Shown piece by piece: positions 40,006 to 54,154 of a DNA stretch of 64,000 nucleotides (positions are counted from its first letter, which is position 1; each line of letters starts with the position of its first letter). The stretch comes from Octopus sinensis (taxonomy: Eukaryota): contig NC_043000.1 in assembly GCF_006345805.1 (NCBI RefSeq), positions 113,522,001 through 113,586,000 on the forward strand, written 5' to 3'. The notes below the pieces were generated by a model that worked only from the letters and a program-made list of their open reading frames with translations, did no database searches and had not been told where the DNA came from. The translations under genes and the position numbers were made by a program.

Positions 40006-40173
40006 TATATATATATAGACATACCATATCTATATCTATCTGTGTGTTGGGTGGTAAATGTGTGTGCGCGCGTGTGTGTATGGATGTGGAGCAACCTAAG
40101 TACAGCAAAACGCGGCGCTACTCTCTGAAATGACTCACGCAAATAACGTTGAACATATATATATATATATGTG

Positions 40174-40220
<47 letters not shown>

Positions 40221-40334
40221 GCATACATATATATATACATATATAAATATATATTTATATAAATATGGATTGTATGGATGTGTGTATATATATATCTATA
40301 AATTTATATATATATTAAATGAAAGAATAGAGTC

Positions 40335-40376
<42 letters not shown>

Positions 40377-40787
40377 ATAAGTGCACACCTCTGTGTATTC
40401 ACATTCAGTTTGTACGTATACATACAGATTTTGTGGGTATGTGTAAGCACTCAATACAAGTTTGTATGCATGTTTATATACAGAGAAAAGGTAAGTGCGA
40501 CGTAATTGACCTACAATTACTAAGTACAATTCCCTGCTTTTATTTATTTATGCATCTGCCTAAATATCGTATATAAACGTACATACAAGCATACTATATA
40601 TATATATATATTATATATATATGTGTGTGTGTGTGTGTGGTGTGTGTGTACATACATGTACATATGTGTGTGTTTTTTACGAATCCAGCATTACTCTTCC
40701 GGCTCGAACCCCAACCATACATCTGTCTCCGGCTAAATCCTGCTGAAGAGACCTCTTACTGACAAAGCACCTTCTAAAACGGTTAGG

Positions 40788-40825
<38 letters not shown>

Positions 40826-41961
40826 GCTGTTGTTGTAGTTGTTGTTGTTGTTGTCGTTTGTTAGTGGTTACTGGTTAGTTACCCTGTCAGTGCTGCCATG
40901 ATTAATCCCGCATTTTCTCTTTGAGAATTTCGCCATTAAACTTCCGGTTTCGTAAGTGCAGCGAAAATCGATCGAACTTCCGGTAGGGTAGAGAAAATAA
41001 TGAAAGATAGTGATGCTGAAGGAGTGAGAAGGTGAAAGGAGAGAATGATGCCGGGTGGTGGTGATGGTGGGGTGGAACGTGAGAGATTAGTATCGTTCAA
41101 ATATTATAAATAAAAAAAACTCTGGTACATTATCAATCGACCGACATCGTACCGGGATTGTTGGTTTGTGTAATTAATAACAAATCAAGAACAACAACAA
41201 TAAAAAAAAAAAACAGACAAAAAAATGTAGGTTGTCTGATGCATTATGGAATCAATGATGGCGGCCATGGTGGTAGGGTCGCTGATGTTGCTGCTAAAAG
41301 CTTATGATGGTGATGGCGACGGCGACGACGGTGTTGTAACCGTTGCTGCTGCTGTTTTGGTGGTGGTGGTGCTGGTAGTATTGTTGTTGGTGGTGGTGGT
41401 GGCTGCTACTACTGCTGCTGCTACTACTGCTGCTACTACTGCTGCTGCTGATGATGATGATGATGAGGATGATCATGATCATGATTGTTATACTTACATT
41501 GTTAGTCATAGATGAAACATGCTAGATGTAGCAGCCTAAATTTCCCTCAAATTATTCCTTACTGTTTTTAAAGAGAAAGCGCATTCTTAGTAATAATAAT
41601 AATAATAATAAATAAATATAATAATAATAATACAAAGACCTGGAAATAGAGGTAACTAGAATGTGGAATCTGAAAACGAACAATTCCTATCATAGTAGGT
41701 GCATTAGGCATGATAAAAAATATTCAGACAAATACATAACAAAAACACCAGGACTTACAAACACATATAACATACAGAAAATTGCACTACTAGGCACTGC
41801 ACACATCCTACGCAGAACACTTTCCATACAATAACCCTCAAAGCATCACAACAAATCACAGCACATACCAAGGCACACAGAGCTGCGCTCGGTAGTGAAG
41901 TGAAAGTACGCTATAAAAATAAAACTACTGATAATAATAATATAATAATAATAATAATATA

Positions 41962-42015
<54 letters not shown>

Positions 42016-42221
42016 TAATAATAATAGTCCTATGTGTGCAATGTTTGAAATAATAGTGAGTAGGGTTAGCATTCCACGAACGCCCTTCATTAATAGATCT
42101 ATTGGATCACCACTGACCTTGGGTTAAACAACTACAACACCACAGCGCCACCACACCAAATAAGTAACCTGAATCATGCCTTTGGGTGTTACAATTAGAA
42201 TCTGTCCGAAATTCTAGTTCT

Positions 42222-42613
42222 TTCTTTTACTTCGTTTATTTGTTTCAATCATTTAACTGCGGCCATACCGGAGCACCACTTGTAGTCGAACAAATCGACC
42301 CGAGGACTTATTTTTCGTAAGCCTAGTATTTATTCTGTCTCTTTCGCCGAACCGCTAAGTTACGGAGATGTAAACGGTTGTCAAGCGATGACAGGGAGAC
42401 ACACAAACTTATGTATGTATGTATGTATGTATGTATGTATGTATAAATATATATACACACGATGGGCTTCTTTCAGTTTCCTTCTACCAAATCCACTCAC
42501 AAGGCTTTGGCTGGCTTGACGTTATAGTAGAAGGCACTTGCCCAAGGTGCCACGCAGTGGGACTGAACCTGGGACCATGTGGTTGGTAGGCAAACTACTT
42601 ACCACACAGCCAC
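42222..42613 (-). mobile_element. SINE family A, near full length
   Basis: TTGTTTCAATCATTTAACTGCGGCC...CCCAAGGTGCCACGCAGTGGGACTGAACC...TTACCACACAGCCAC. Confidence 0.85.
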
Positions 42614-43654
42614 AAGCTTCCTTCGATATTTTCTTTACTCTTATTTCACAGTTTATAGTTTCGAAGTGAAAGGATTGCATAGATGGAGGTAAACAGAAAT
42701 TAGTAAAAGGCGTACCTTAAAATCTGTGCGGTTTTGATAGGAAATGTTATAATGACCTGTTGTTGCAAGATAATGGACATAAGTTTTAGTGGTAGTCTCA
42801 AAATGTCGCCTTCTTGAACACGGTCATTTGGTCAGTCCTTTGGTAATAAAGGAAACGGCGACTTTCTGCTCCAGATATTGGTCTTCAGATATTTAAGTCG
42901 GATATCAACCATACCAGTCTCACCACTCAGGAGTGTTGACTCGCTATGGTTGTGGTCACTGCTTTTCTTCATTTCCCCACTTAATAAAATAATATGTCCT
43001 TTAACATTAAACTAATTTTATGACATTGAAATACCCACAAATCAGATCCTTTGTAATAATCTCAAGCACAATGTGGCACTCTATTGTACAAGAGTATGTA
43101 GCATGTAGAAATTTCCCCTCGAATATCATTTTACCCCAGCTCTATTGTGAACATTTATAATCGTTGACTTTAGTTGCTAAATTATTCAAACTGGGTACTG
43201 CTTGGCTGATGAAACTGAAACAAGATCGAAACATGTCCATTACCTTCATCAGTTGGCTTTAAGGAAACAACGACACCTAAATGCATAGTCTTTAGTTTTA
43301 TTTCTTTTTACAAGAAATGTTGATGAGATATTATGAGTGGAATTATTTCGTATATTTGTCGTATGTAGGTTTTTAATACCCAACGGCATTTTTCTGATTG
43401 TTGCAAAATTGGAGATTTAACTGCTATATCTAACAGTTCGAGATACCATGAAGCGGTTATGATTACCTATCTAAGCATCACTCTATTTTGGAGATAGATA
43501 CTTACGTAGATAATTACGTGTGAGGGAAGGGTACATGTGCGTGTGTGAGTATTGGCGTGCTTATATATACAAGAATGAGAAACAGTTATATACGTATAAG
43601 AATACGCACATACACATATACGTTTCTCCTTTCTCTTTCATCTGTTGGAGCAAC

Positions 43655-44065
43655 GTCGATCATCTATTAGTCCTGGATATGGGGTTGAGCTTTGTGGGTG
43701 CGGTAGTTACTAATCTCTTGAAGCCACGTCCAGAAGATTCTCAGGGAGTATCAATAGGGAATTTTGATGGCACTTGCTACTTTCACGGTGTCATTTTTGC
43801 TGGTCGGTTTACGTTGCTCTGCTTCTGCAATCTGTTGGCATCGCGGGTTCGAATAACCTCGTGGATAGTTGACCCCCCCCCCCACTGCCTCACTCCTGAG
43901 ATATCTGATTCCATGTGATACAGCTGATACTGAAGGCCTTTTGAAAAGCGCTTAGAGTTTCTTTGAAGTGTTTGTTCTGTCCTCCATGGAAGTGTTTACT
44001 TTGCGTCACATAATAATTACTTTGGGGTTTGACCTACTAACTAAATGAACTGCCCAGCGAAGCAT
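43655..44065 (-). mobile_element. Degenerate RTE-clade LINE 3' fragment
   Basis: Minus frame RWAVHLV...QSKHFHGGQNKHFKETLSAFQKAFSISCITW resembles the RTE ORF C-terminal pattern RWAGHV...GKRSxGGQKKRFKDTLK..W, recalled from established RTE consensus sequences. Confidence 0.62.
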
Positions 44066-44213
44066 CAGAAAGGGCAGACTGGCACGGGTGAGTATATCAG
44101 AGTCTGGGATTTTACATTGCACACAAACATACACAAACATGTATACGCACAGAGATATATAAATACATAACTTATATATGTGTATGTACAGATATATGGA
44201 TAGATATGTACGT

Positions 44214-44252
<39 letters not shown>

Positions 44253-44554
44253 TAGGTATATATCTATGTACGGATATGAGAAATGATTCATAACAGTCAA
44301 CCACATATTACATTTGATAGTGCTTATGAAACGAGTCAAAAGTAATAGGCAATTTGTAGAGTATATAAAGAATTTAAAAGAATAATCTAGATGGGAGGAG
44401 TAATGTGAGCAAGTTTCCGCTACAGTCTTAATTGAAATATACGGCCGATTGGCATGAATATCTTCGTTAATAAATGCCGTTTATTCACAACGTTTAATAC
44501 AGGCTAGAGTACTTTACCTGAAAGTGGTTCCCAGTTAAAAACTAGCCACTGTTT

Positions 44555-44612
<58 letters not shown>

Positions 44613-44635
44613 TAGATAGATAGATAGATAGATAT

Positions 44636-44671
<36 letters not shown>

Positions 44672-44731
44672 ATAGATAAATAGATAGATAGATAGATAGA
44701 TAGATATATAGATAGATAGATAAATAGATAA

Positions 44732-44764
<33 letters not shown>

Positions 44765-44765
44765 G

Positions 44766-44796
<31 letters not shown>

Positions 44797-45407
44797 CAGA
44801 TATATATATATATATACATATATATATATGTATATATACATACATATTTATATATATATATATATATATTTATATAGTGTATATATATATATATGCGTAT
44901 TTATATATATATATATATATTATGTATGTATGTATGTATGTACTTATGTAGATATGTGTGTATATACACTATGTGTGTGTGTGTGTGAGTGTGTGTAGCG
45001 ATGTTTGTGTATGGAAACAGGTAAATACTAAAGCTCTTGAACAAATTGTGTTCTCTTCAATTTCGCCATAATCGTTCTTCTTTAATCCCACTCTTCTCCG
45101 CCTCACTCAGGTTTCTCTGTCTCTTTCCCTCTCTGACTCTATCTCTCTCACTCTATCATACACTTTCTCTTTCTATGCTACCTCTCACCACCCCCTCTCT
45201 GTCTCTCTGTCTCTCTCTCTCTCTCTTTCTACCAATTCGTTAAGTCGATCCACTTTACCGTAGAGATATGATGAATCATGGTATATATTTGTTTAACTAA
45301 AGGAGTACCACTTGACCTAAATACTCTGTCTTCCACTCAATCGCGTTAAACCGGAATGAAGTAACAACAACGAAACATAACAAGTAGATAGATAAATAAA
45401 TATAGAA

Positions 45408-45451
<44 letters not shown>

Positions 45452-46109
45452 ACTCTATAACAGGTTATTTATTACTTGGTTCTGACAACGTGTTGAGATT
45501 TTAGCATCTAGGTCTTCCATAATCGATAGATATTTCACGTAATGGTTTGTTTAACTGTTGAACGGCATTTTAATATTTCTGGCTACAACATTGAACGTTT
45601 AGCTTGGCTTTTTATGTCATTGTTCTGTTTTCGATTTCTACGAAGTTTTTCTTTCTTTTATTTTTTTATCGTACATGGGTGCAAAAGCGTTAGATTGCAA
45701 AATCCGATGTGTTTTCCAGTTACGAGCTTTTGCATTTTGAGTTCAAATTTTCCCGAGGCAGTCCTTAATTTTCATCCGTCCAGCACCAACTGGCATGGCC
45801 TACTAGACCCTTCTCCTCACACCATATTTGTCCCTTTGTTTGAAATCCACTGTACATTGTGAAATCGATTTGATTAAAACGATCGCTTCATAAATATCCT
45901 TTTACATGACTGACCCAAATGTCTAAGCCCTTCTTAAAGTGCTTTCTCCAAGTGAGAGCACCAATTCACCATCATCAGACAAATACGGTAGATATAGACG
46001 TACAATTAAAAGGAACTGTTTGCACAAACTTGGTAAGGCTGATTAGAGTTAGGGGTTAGATTAGGCGCAGAAGTGTCTGTGGGAAAATCGGTAGCTAATC
46101 ACTCTAGAA

Positions 46110-46610
46110 CAGTGCTTCTCAAAATATCTGTAGCGTACCGGCAGTTTTTTTTTCCAATGTGCCATGGACCGGTAATGTTTCTTAGTAATATTAATTTATA
46201 CTGGAAACAATATATATAATTACGGAGATGTACTTGCATAGCAAGTGACTTGATCTGAGAACGTGTGCTGGAACGAAAACAATTGCAGCGTGGAAGGTGT
46301 TTATAAACCATTTAAGAAACACGCAAAGACCGTTAGATTCACTTCAACATTTAAATTTAATTTGTCAAAATATTTTCGTCGCTTTGAGACCGCGACCTGT
46401 TCACTGACAAAACTTCGTGCTGCATATATAATGAGTATAATAAAAGCTGACAATTTTTTATATATTTTATATTTATTTTGTAAACAAATAATTCAATATT
46501 ACATAAGCGTTTTATAATGATTCTTTCTTTCCTGGAAACTGGCCGCGTATCGGCAGCTGATGACTCGCAGACCGGCACCGGTCCGCGGATCATCACTATG
46601 AGTAACACTG
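46110..46610. mobile_element. hAT (Charlie-type) MITE, 501 bp
   Basis: TIRs CAGTGCTTCTCAAA and TATGAGTAACACTG; TSD CTCTAGAA (46102-46109) versus TTCTAGAA (46611-46618). Confidence 0.78.
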
Positions 46611-46869
46611 TTCTAGAAGATAAGATGGAAGATAAGAATTTAAAATACACATACACCAATCTCACGTACATAAAATGTATATCATGTGTTCATTCTGGAA
46701 GTCTTTGTGTGTGTGTGTGTGTGTATGGATGTATATGCACACACATATACAAATATATGCATATTCATATATACTTATGCATACATCTATCGCTGGTCAC
46801 AATGAGTTTTGCATCATTTTAGCTTTTGAATGATGTTACCCAACTGATTAAGCCGTGCAAGCGAACACC

Positions 46870-47028
46870 CCTCCCCATCATCGTGGAACGGTGACCCATT
46901 TACGGCTGAGTGGACTGGAGCAACGAGAAATGAAGTGTTTTGCTCAAGAACACAAAGCACAGGTCGTCTGGGAATTGAAACTACGATTACCAGATCGTCA
47001 ATGCAGCACGCCTAAACACTAGGCCACG
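46870..47028 (-). mobile_element. SINE family G
   Basis: GGCTGAGTGGACTGGAGCAACGAGAAATGAAGTGTTTTGCTCAAGAACAC...GGAATTGAAAC...CTAAACACTAGGCCACG. Confidence 0.65.
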
Positions 47029-47642
47029 ACGTCACATATATACGTACATGCATACACAAATAGTAAAAATATGTGGGTAAAAAGGTTGAATTAAATTCGT
47101 CCTTTAATTTAGAGTTTTCCAAAAAAGATTTCTAATATTGGTTATTCATATTTTGCCGGTAAATTTGCGAATATAAAAATAATACTTGTATATGGTGTGT
47201 TGTGATTTTATGGAAAGAAATCCCATAAGACTCAACAATTTAGTTAAAAACGGAGAAGAGAAGATATTAAACTATATAAGAGAATTTTAATTCATGCAGA
47301 TGATCGTTTCGTACAGAGATATGAAAATCATGCAAATTCATGGTTGAATTGAATTAAATCAAATTAATTATATATCACAGTACTCTTCAGTGCAAGAAGT
47401 ATTAACAATTGTTTTTACAAAGAACTTGAGAAGGGAAACAGCAGAACAGAATCTAGGAGATTCATATTTATCCTTATGAGAAAAAAATATATGAGTCCAG
47501 TTAGGTATTAACTATAACTAAAGGCTATATCGGTTATTTGAAAATAACCGTTAACAAAATGGTTGAGTTTTATGGAATGTCTTTCCATAAATTCACATCA
47601 TGCATACATAGATAGATATGTACATACACACACACACGTAAA

Positions 47643-47688
<46 letters not shown>

Positions 47689-48237
47689 TAGCGAGCGCAT
47701 AAACCACTGTAGCAGCTTAAGTGTATACAAAGAGCAAAAAATATTTGAACTCTGAGTTTATATTGCGTGCATGTCCGGATCCTTACTCAACAACGAACGC
47801 ACGCACTATTTCTTACTGTATTTCTTTCTTTCTCTTTCTCTCTCTCTCTTTTTATTTCTCCTCCTCTCTCTTCTCTCTTTCCCTCTTCCTCACTCTGTCT
47901 CTCTCTCACTGTAAATTATAAGTTAATTGGTAAAACACTGCTCTTTAAAATGTGATAATCGTTCACTCGCAGACATTTGGGTGTAAATAGAATATACATC
48001 CATATATCGACTGTGTATCCCATTGCTACCAAAAGTAACGCTAGTATCCAGGAATTTTGAAACACCGATCTGCAGTCGACGTTCACAATGTTTGCAACGA
48101 AAAGTACCTTAGTTTCTTCGATATTTGAGAAACACCAATAAAGACGGCCATTATCAAGTTCGTGGATATCAATGGAAAAACCATAACAAGGAAGAAATGT
48201 TACACATTAACGACTCGCAAATGCATACATACATACA

Positions 48238-48273
<36 letters not shown>

Positions 48274-48451
48274 TACATATATATACACACATACACGCAC
48301 CACACACATAGGTGTGTATGTATGCATATATATGTATGCATATATATGCATACTTGTATATACACACACATATATACACATGTATATATATATGTATATA
48401 CATGTGTATATATGTGTGTGTATTTATGAATGTATTTGTATGTATACATAC

Positions 48452-48485
<34 letters not shown>

Positions 48486-48488
48486 ACA

Positions 48489-48889
48489 GGAGAGGTATGC
48501 AGTGATATATGTATGAATGATCCTGGAGGGGTTGGCGTCAAATTTTGGCATCGAGGGCTATACCATTCCCCGAACTGGACCGCACTACACCATCCCAAAG
48601 GTCACAACCATCTCGTCCAGAGTGCGATCCATGTCCTGAAATAGCTTGGTGTTCAAAGGCCCACGATCATCTAGTACTTTGCCAAAACATCTGAGAGGTA
48701 TATTTTCCAAGAAACAACTTGAATTCTGTGCTGTCCCAGCATCTCGGCAAAATCTCAAAAGCGGCCAGCAACATAGAACAACGCCCACCTTTACCAAAAG
48801 GCAGTCACAAAAGATTGGCCATCGAAAAAGTTATAACACTAGCGGTGCTCCAGCATGATTACATTAGTTGGACTGAAATGCACAAAAGA
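48489..48889 (+). mobile_element. 3' fragment of a CR1/L2-group LINE
   Basis: Translates ERYAVIYV*MILEGLASNFGIEGYTIPRTG...NSLVFKGPRSSSTLPKHLRG, resembling the post-RT C-terminus of CR1-group ORF2. Ends in GCGGTGCTCCAGCATG...GACTGAAA...AAAAGA, the tail shared with SINE family A. Confidence 0.7.
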
Positions 48890-48922
48890 ATGGATGCATA
48901 CATACATACATACATACATACA

Positions 48923-48956
<34 letters not shown>

Positions 48957-48970
48957 CATATATATAGATA

Positions 48971-51524
48971 TGTTTCTTATTAGCCACACAGGGCTGCACA
49001 CAGATAGAACAAATACAAGGTAGAGCTTTTCTTTGAAGGTTTAAAAAAAAAAAAAAAAAAAAAAGGGAAAGGGGAGTTTCGATCAAAAGGGATCGTAAAA
49101 GGAGAGAAAGAGGACAAAAAAAAGGGGGGGGTTAAAAAAAAAAAAAAGGGGGAGAGGAAAAAAAATTGATCAATAGGGATCGTTATCACAGAAATGTCAA
49201 TATGAAGTGTAAAGGGGAGGACAGTGAGGTTTACCCGTGGAAAGAAAAGCCTACGGAAAAGACCACGGTAACCTCGGTCAATGAAGTCACATTTTATATT
49301 TATTTCTTTTTTTTTTTTTTTTTTGCAAATAAGCAACTCTCTGTTTTCGATTTCTGGGTTCATAGGACTATGCTCAAGGTGGCTTCGTCATTCATACGTG
49401 CCATTCTTGCTACATTCACCCATCTTTTTTTAAAACATTCGCTAGACAAAACTTGCCTCTCTACTCTCACTTTCCTTTTCAAGTGGTACTTGAAGAAGTT
49501 GATGAGAGATTGACCAGAGAGGAAAGTGTTTGTCTCCAATCCTTTCAGACGCGTCCACCAGATACATTCTTTCGCCATAGCCACAAGGATGATGAAAATA
49601 GCTCTTCCTTCCCGTTTGAAGGAAGGAGGCGTGACAATATTGACGATAGACTCAGCTGATAAACCGACTCGTCCCACACGTGACAGCAGTTGTTCGACAT
49701 AAGCCCACAGGTCGGAAATTGTTGGACACTGAACGAGTGCGTGCAGAACGGTTTCGTCGCTCTGACCGCATCTCGGGCAGGTCGGCCCCGTGTTTCTCGA
49801 GCCGTGTCTGTAGGATTATCCCGAACGGGTAGCGCTTCTCGGTAGCACTGCCAGGCCAGGGATCTCTGGAAGTTGTCCATGGGCCTGGCCGAAAGTCGTC
49901 CCGAACAGGCGGGTCAGGTACTCCTCGTCGACGTCCAGGTTCGCCCCGAGCTCGTCGTCGTACCTCCCCTCCACTAAACCCCTATAGAATGCTTTGGTTG
50001 TGTTGAAGTCACTTAAGGTCGACCCAGGACGGCAGAGTTGCTTGAGAGCAACGCGACACTCGCGGTGCCATTCGCCCTTCCTCGGCCTCTTTTGATCCAC
50101 GACTGCAGTTCGGTCATGGAGACGAGCTGCGGGAAAGCGTGCCTCACAAACGGCGACCACACCTGTTCACCGTCGTCTACATAGAGCAGAGATGTCGCAG
50201 TCTCAGCGCGTGTCTGCGCATCATCAACCACGGCATGCCCAGCCCTCCTTTTAACGGGTGTTGACAGCAAATGGATCGCCTGACCATCGGGACGCATCCT
50301 TTCCACAAGAAGCGAAAGAGGATGCGTTGTAGTTTGGTGATGGTAGGGTCGGGACAAGGTACGACGGTCAGGCGGTAGTAGATGACGGACGCGATGTACG
50401 TGTTCGCCACCTCCGCTCGACCTTTTAGGGACAGTTTCCTCTCGGCCCATTGCCGGGCGAGAGTGACCACCCTACTCGTTATCTCGTTCCAGTTCTTCTC
50501 CACTTGGAGGTCCGGACCAAACCAGACCCCGAGCAACTCAACCGGGCGTCGGTCGGTCCAGCGTCCCACGACGGAGGCGCTGGTGGACGGCATGGGCTTG
50601 CTTCTCCAGGTGCCTAGTCGCAAACCCACTGACTTTTCCGGTTGATTTTCGCTCCTGTCACCGCTTCGTAGTTTTTCAGTGTCTCACCGACCAGCTCGAT
50701 GTGCTCGTGGCTTGACACTATGACGGTGACGTCGTCCGCGGTATGCAGACACGCTCGTCCCGCATCCCAATTCTCGCGGGATGCCCTTAGAGTCGCCAGC
50801 TTCCGCAGTAGTGGCTCAAGAGTCAATACGTATAGAAGCGCCGAGAGGGGGCATCCCTGACGGACCGAACGTGCAATGTCGAAAGGTCTCGATAGATGTC
50901 CATTTACGCGAATTACCGAACGGATGCCTCTGTACAAGGCAGCTATCCAGCCGCGGAAGACGGGACCGAAACCAGCCGCTCTCAGGACTGCCTCCAAGTA
51001 TCGATGCTTACCCTATCAAAGGCTTTCGATTGATCCAAGTTGATCAGGCCCCACCCATGCCAGGTTCGTTAACTACCCTGTCTATGATGTAGCGCATCAG
51101 ATGGAGGTTGTCATGGATGGTCCGGCCTGGCACGGCGCATGGTTTGCGCCTTGTCGACCAGTTTCTCGATGACAAGCGCCAACCTCTTGGCTAACACGTT
51201 GGCCAAAATTTTCAAGTCTGCATTAAGCAGAGTGATGGGCCTAAAGTTATCTATTACATTCCCCTTGTTTAGATCTTTCTTCAGCAGTGTTACGGCTCCT
51301 CGGCTCACAAAACCAGGAATGCTCCCGTTTTGCTGCCAGTTGCAGTACACCGCCGCCAAGAGATCTCCAAACAAGTCTGGCATACAATTGTAAAGCTCGT
51401 AGGGTAGACCATCCAAACCCGGTGATTTGTCCCTCGAGCATTCTGCCATCGCTTCCCGCACTTCCGCCGCCGTGATGGCACCTTCGCAGCACCCTGCCTT
51501 TCTTGTCGAGAGTCGTGGTAGGCT
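48971..51524 (-). mobile_element. 5'-truncated non-LTR retrotransposon (Tx1/L1 clade): ORF2 RT region, CCHC finger and 3' UTR
   Basis: GC-rich island. Minus-strand peptides include KSPGLDGLPYELY, FRPITLLNADLKILA, LDQSKAFDRV, VRQGCPLS, YADD (recoverable across two compensating indels) and GAKIN. C-terminal CPRCGQSDETVLHALVQC is C-x2-C-x8-H-x4-C. Stop at about 49360, then a ~390-bp 3' UTR ending GGCTAATAAGAAAC. TATATATAGATA flanks both ends (48959-48970, 51528-51539). Confidence 0.93.
49360..51523 (-). pseudogene. Frameshifted LINE ORF2 (reverse transcriptase and zf-RVT-like C-terminus); endonuclease domain missing because of 5' truncation
   Basis: ORF-track pieces 51111-51461, 50614-50997, 50177-50629, 49545-49880 and 49360-49677 tile one RT polyprotein, joined by single-base indels. 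Confidence 0.9.
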
Positions 51525-52110
<586 letters not shown>

Positions 52111-52864
52111 TTATATATAGATAGCCATTGCTTCGCCATACAACAGTGCAATGACGAAGCTTCTCCCATCAGAACGTCACCCGCCACACCTTCCCTTACC
52201 TGTGCCACACGCCACCTTCTTCACTAAACAACTTCCAATCATCTTCGTCGTCGCCGCCGCCGCCGCCCATCCACCACTCCAGCATTCAAACAACCGAACA
52301 CTCAAGCTGGCAAGTCTTTACACGGACCCATTTGCCAAGAGGATCACGTGAGCAGTATGGCGTCACTTTAACTAAAGAGAACATTTATGTAAAAGCCCAC
52401 AAAGAGAAACTACAACAACAACAACAACAATAACAACAACAACAATAATATAATAATAATAATAATAATAATAAAATAATAATAATAATAATAATTATAA
52501 TAATAATAATAATAAAAACGAAGCAGAAAATAAACACAAAACAAATATAACCTTTAAAAACAAGGCAAAAACAACAATAATAGCAGACAAAAACAACATA
52601 GAAAATTATATGAATATATATATGTAAGTATGCATGTATGTATATATGTATAAATGTATACATATGTACATATTTATATACAAGTGTATATGTATGTTTG
52701 TATGTATATATGTATACATATATATATATTTATGTACACACATATAGATACATATATTTATATATATCTTTATATTTATATACACACACATATTTATGTG
52801 TGCATGTCTACATCTATATATAGATATGTTTACATATACATATAAATACGTCTACATGCAGATA

Positions 52865-52900
<36 letters not shown>

Positions 52901-53399
52901 TACATATATATATAATATATATACATGTATAAATATATATACATATATATTTATATCTGTAAGTGTATGTATATGTGTATATATATATATATTGAATGGA
53001 TTGTATTTAGCTAGAAGTCTAAACGGAAGCTGATTACAGTGGATGACAGACGCGCTTCCATCGTAAATCCTTCTGAAGGAGGAGGCACGGGGATTGCAAA
53101 ACCAATTGACTACTGTCGAATCAGGGAGGCCTGAGATGAAATGTTTTGACATACAACGAAGACATAGAAAGAGAGGATTCTATAAGAAGAAGCTGATGGC
53201 CGACTACATACTGGCTTAGAGGAACACATACACACACACTCACTCACAAATACACACACACAGAAACCCTCATATATATGTATATATATATACATATATA
53301 TACAAACACCCTGACGTACTGAAGGGGTGCGTATGCTTTGCAGATGGACTCTTAATAGTCGCAAATATAAAGAAAACCTTTCACACAAATGTGTGCTTG

Positions 53400-53434
<35 letters not shown>

Positions 53435-53438
53435 TATA

Positions 53439-53473
<35 letters not shown>

Positions 53474-53540
53474 CATACATTCTCTTATATGTATACTTAT
53501 ATATATATGAGAATGTATGCATATATATACATATATAGAT

Positions 53541-53582
<42 letters not shown>

Positions 53583-53798
53583 ATACATTCTTATATATAT
53601 ATACACTCTTTCTCTTTCCTTTCTTTCTTTCGTTCTTTCTTCCTTCGTTTCACTCACCCTCTCTTTGTAAATGAAAGGAACCTTAAAAACACCACCAACA
53701 ACAACAGCAACAACACGAAAAGCAGCAGCAGCGACAGAAACTACGATATTCTGTCTTTTATATGTTCTTTCTTTCAATAACATCGGTTTTGCTTCCCT

Positions 53799-53831
<33 letters not shown>

Positions 53832-53835
53832 GTTT

Positions 53836-54040
53836 GTGTGTCTGTGTTTATCCTCCTCCAACATCGCTTGACAACCGATGATGGTATGGTTAAGTCACCG
53901 TAACTTAGCGGTTCGGCAAAGGAGACGGATAGAATAAGTACTAGCCTTACAAAGAATAAGTCCTGGTGTCGATTTGCTCGACTAAAGGCGGTGCTCTAGC
54001 ATGACCGCACTCAAATGACTGAAACAAGTAAAATAGTAAA
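53836..54040 (+). mobile_element. SINE family A, 3' half
   Basis: CATCGCTTGACAACCGATG...CTCGACTAAAGGCGGTGCTC...GACTGAAACAAGTAAAA. Confidence 0.82.
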
Positions 54041-54051
54041 AATGAATATAG

Positions 54052-54154
<103 letters not shown>

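Noticed and set aside
42705-42740. GGCGTACCTTAAAATCTGTG, resembling an RT GVPQGSV motif
   Set aside because: Too short, and the neighbouring sequence does not give further RT motifs.
46045-46066. TTAGGG-like telomeric motifs
   Set aside because: Only a few imperfect units; not an array.
53010-53220. Unique island with short open frames on both strands
   Set aside because: No consistent acceptor/donor pair and no recognisable product.
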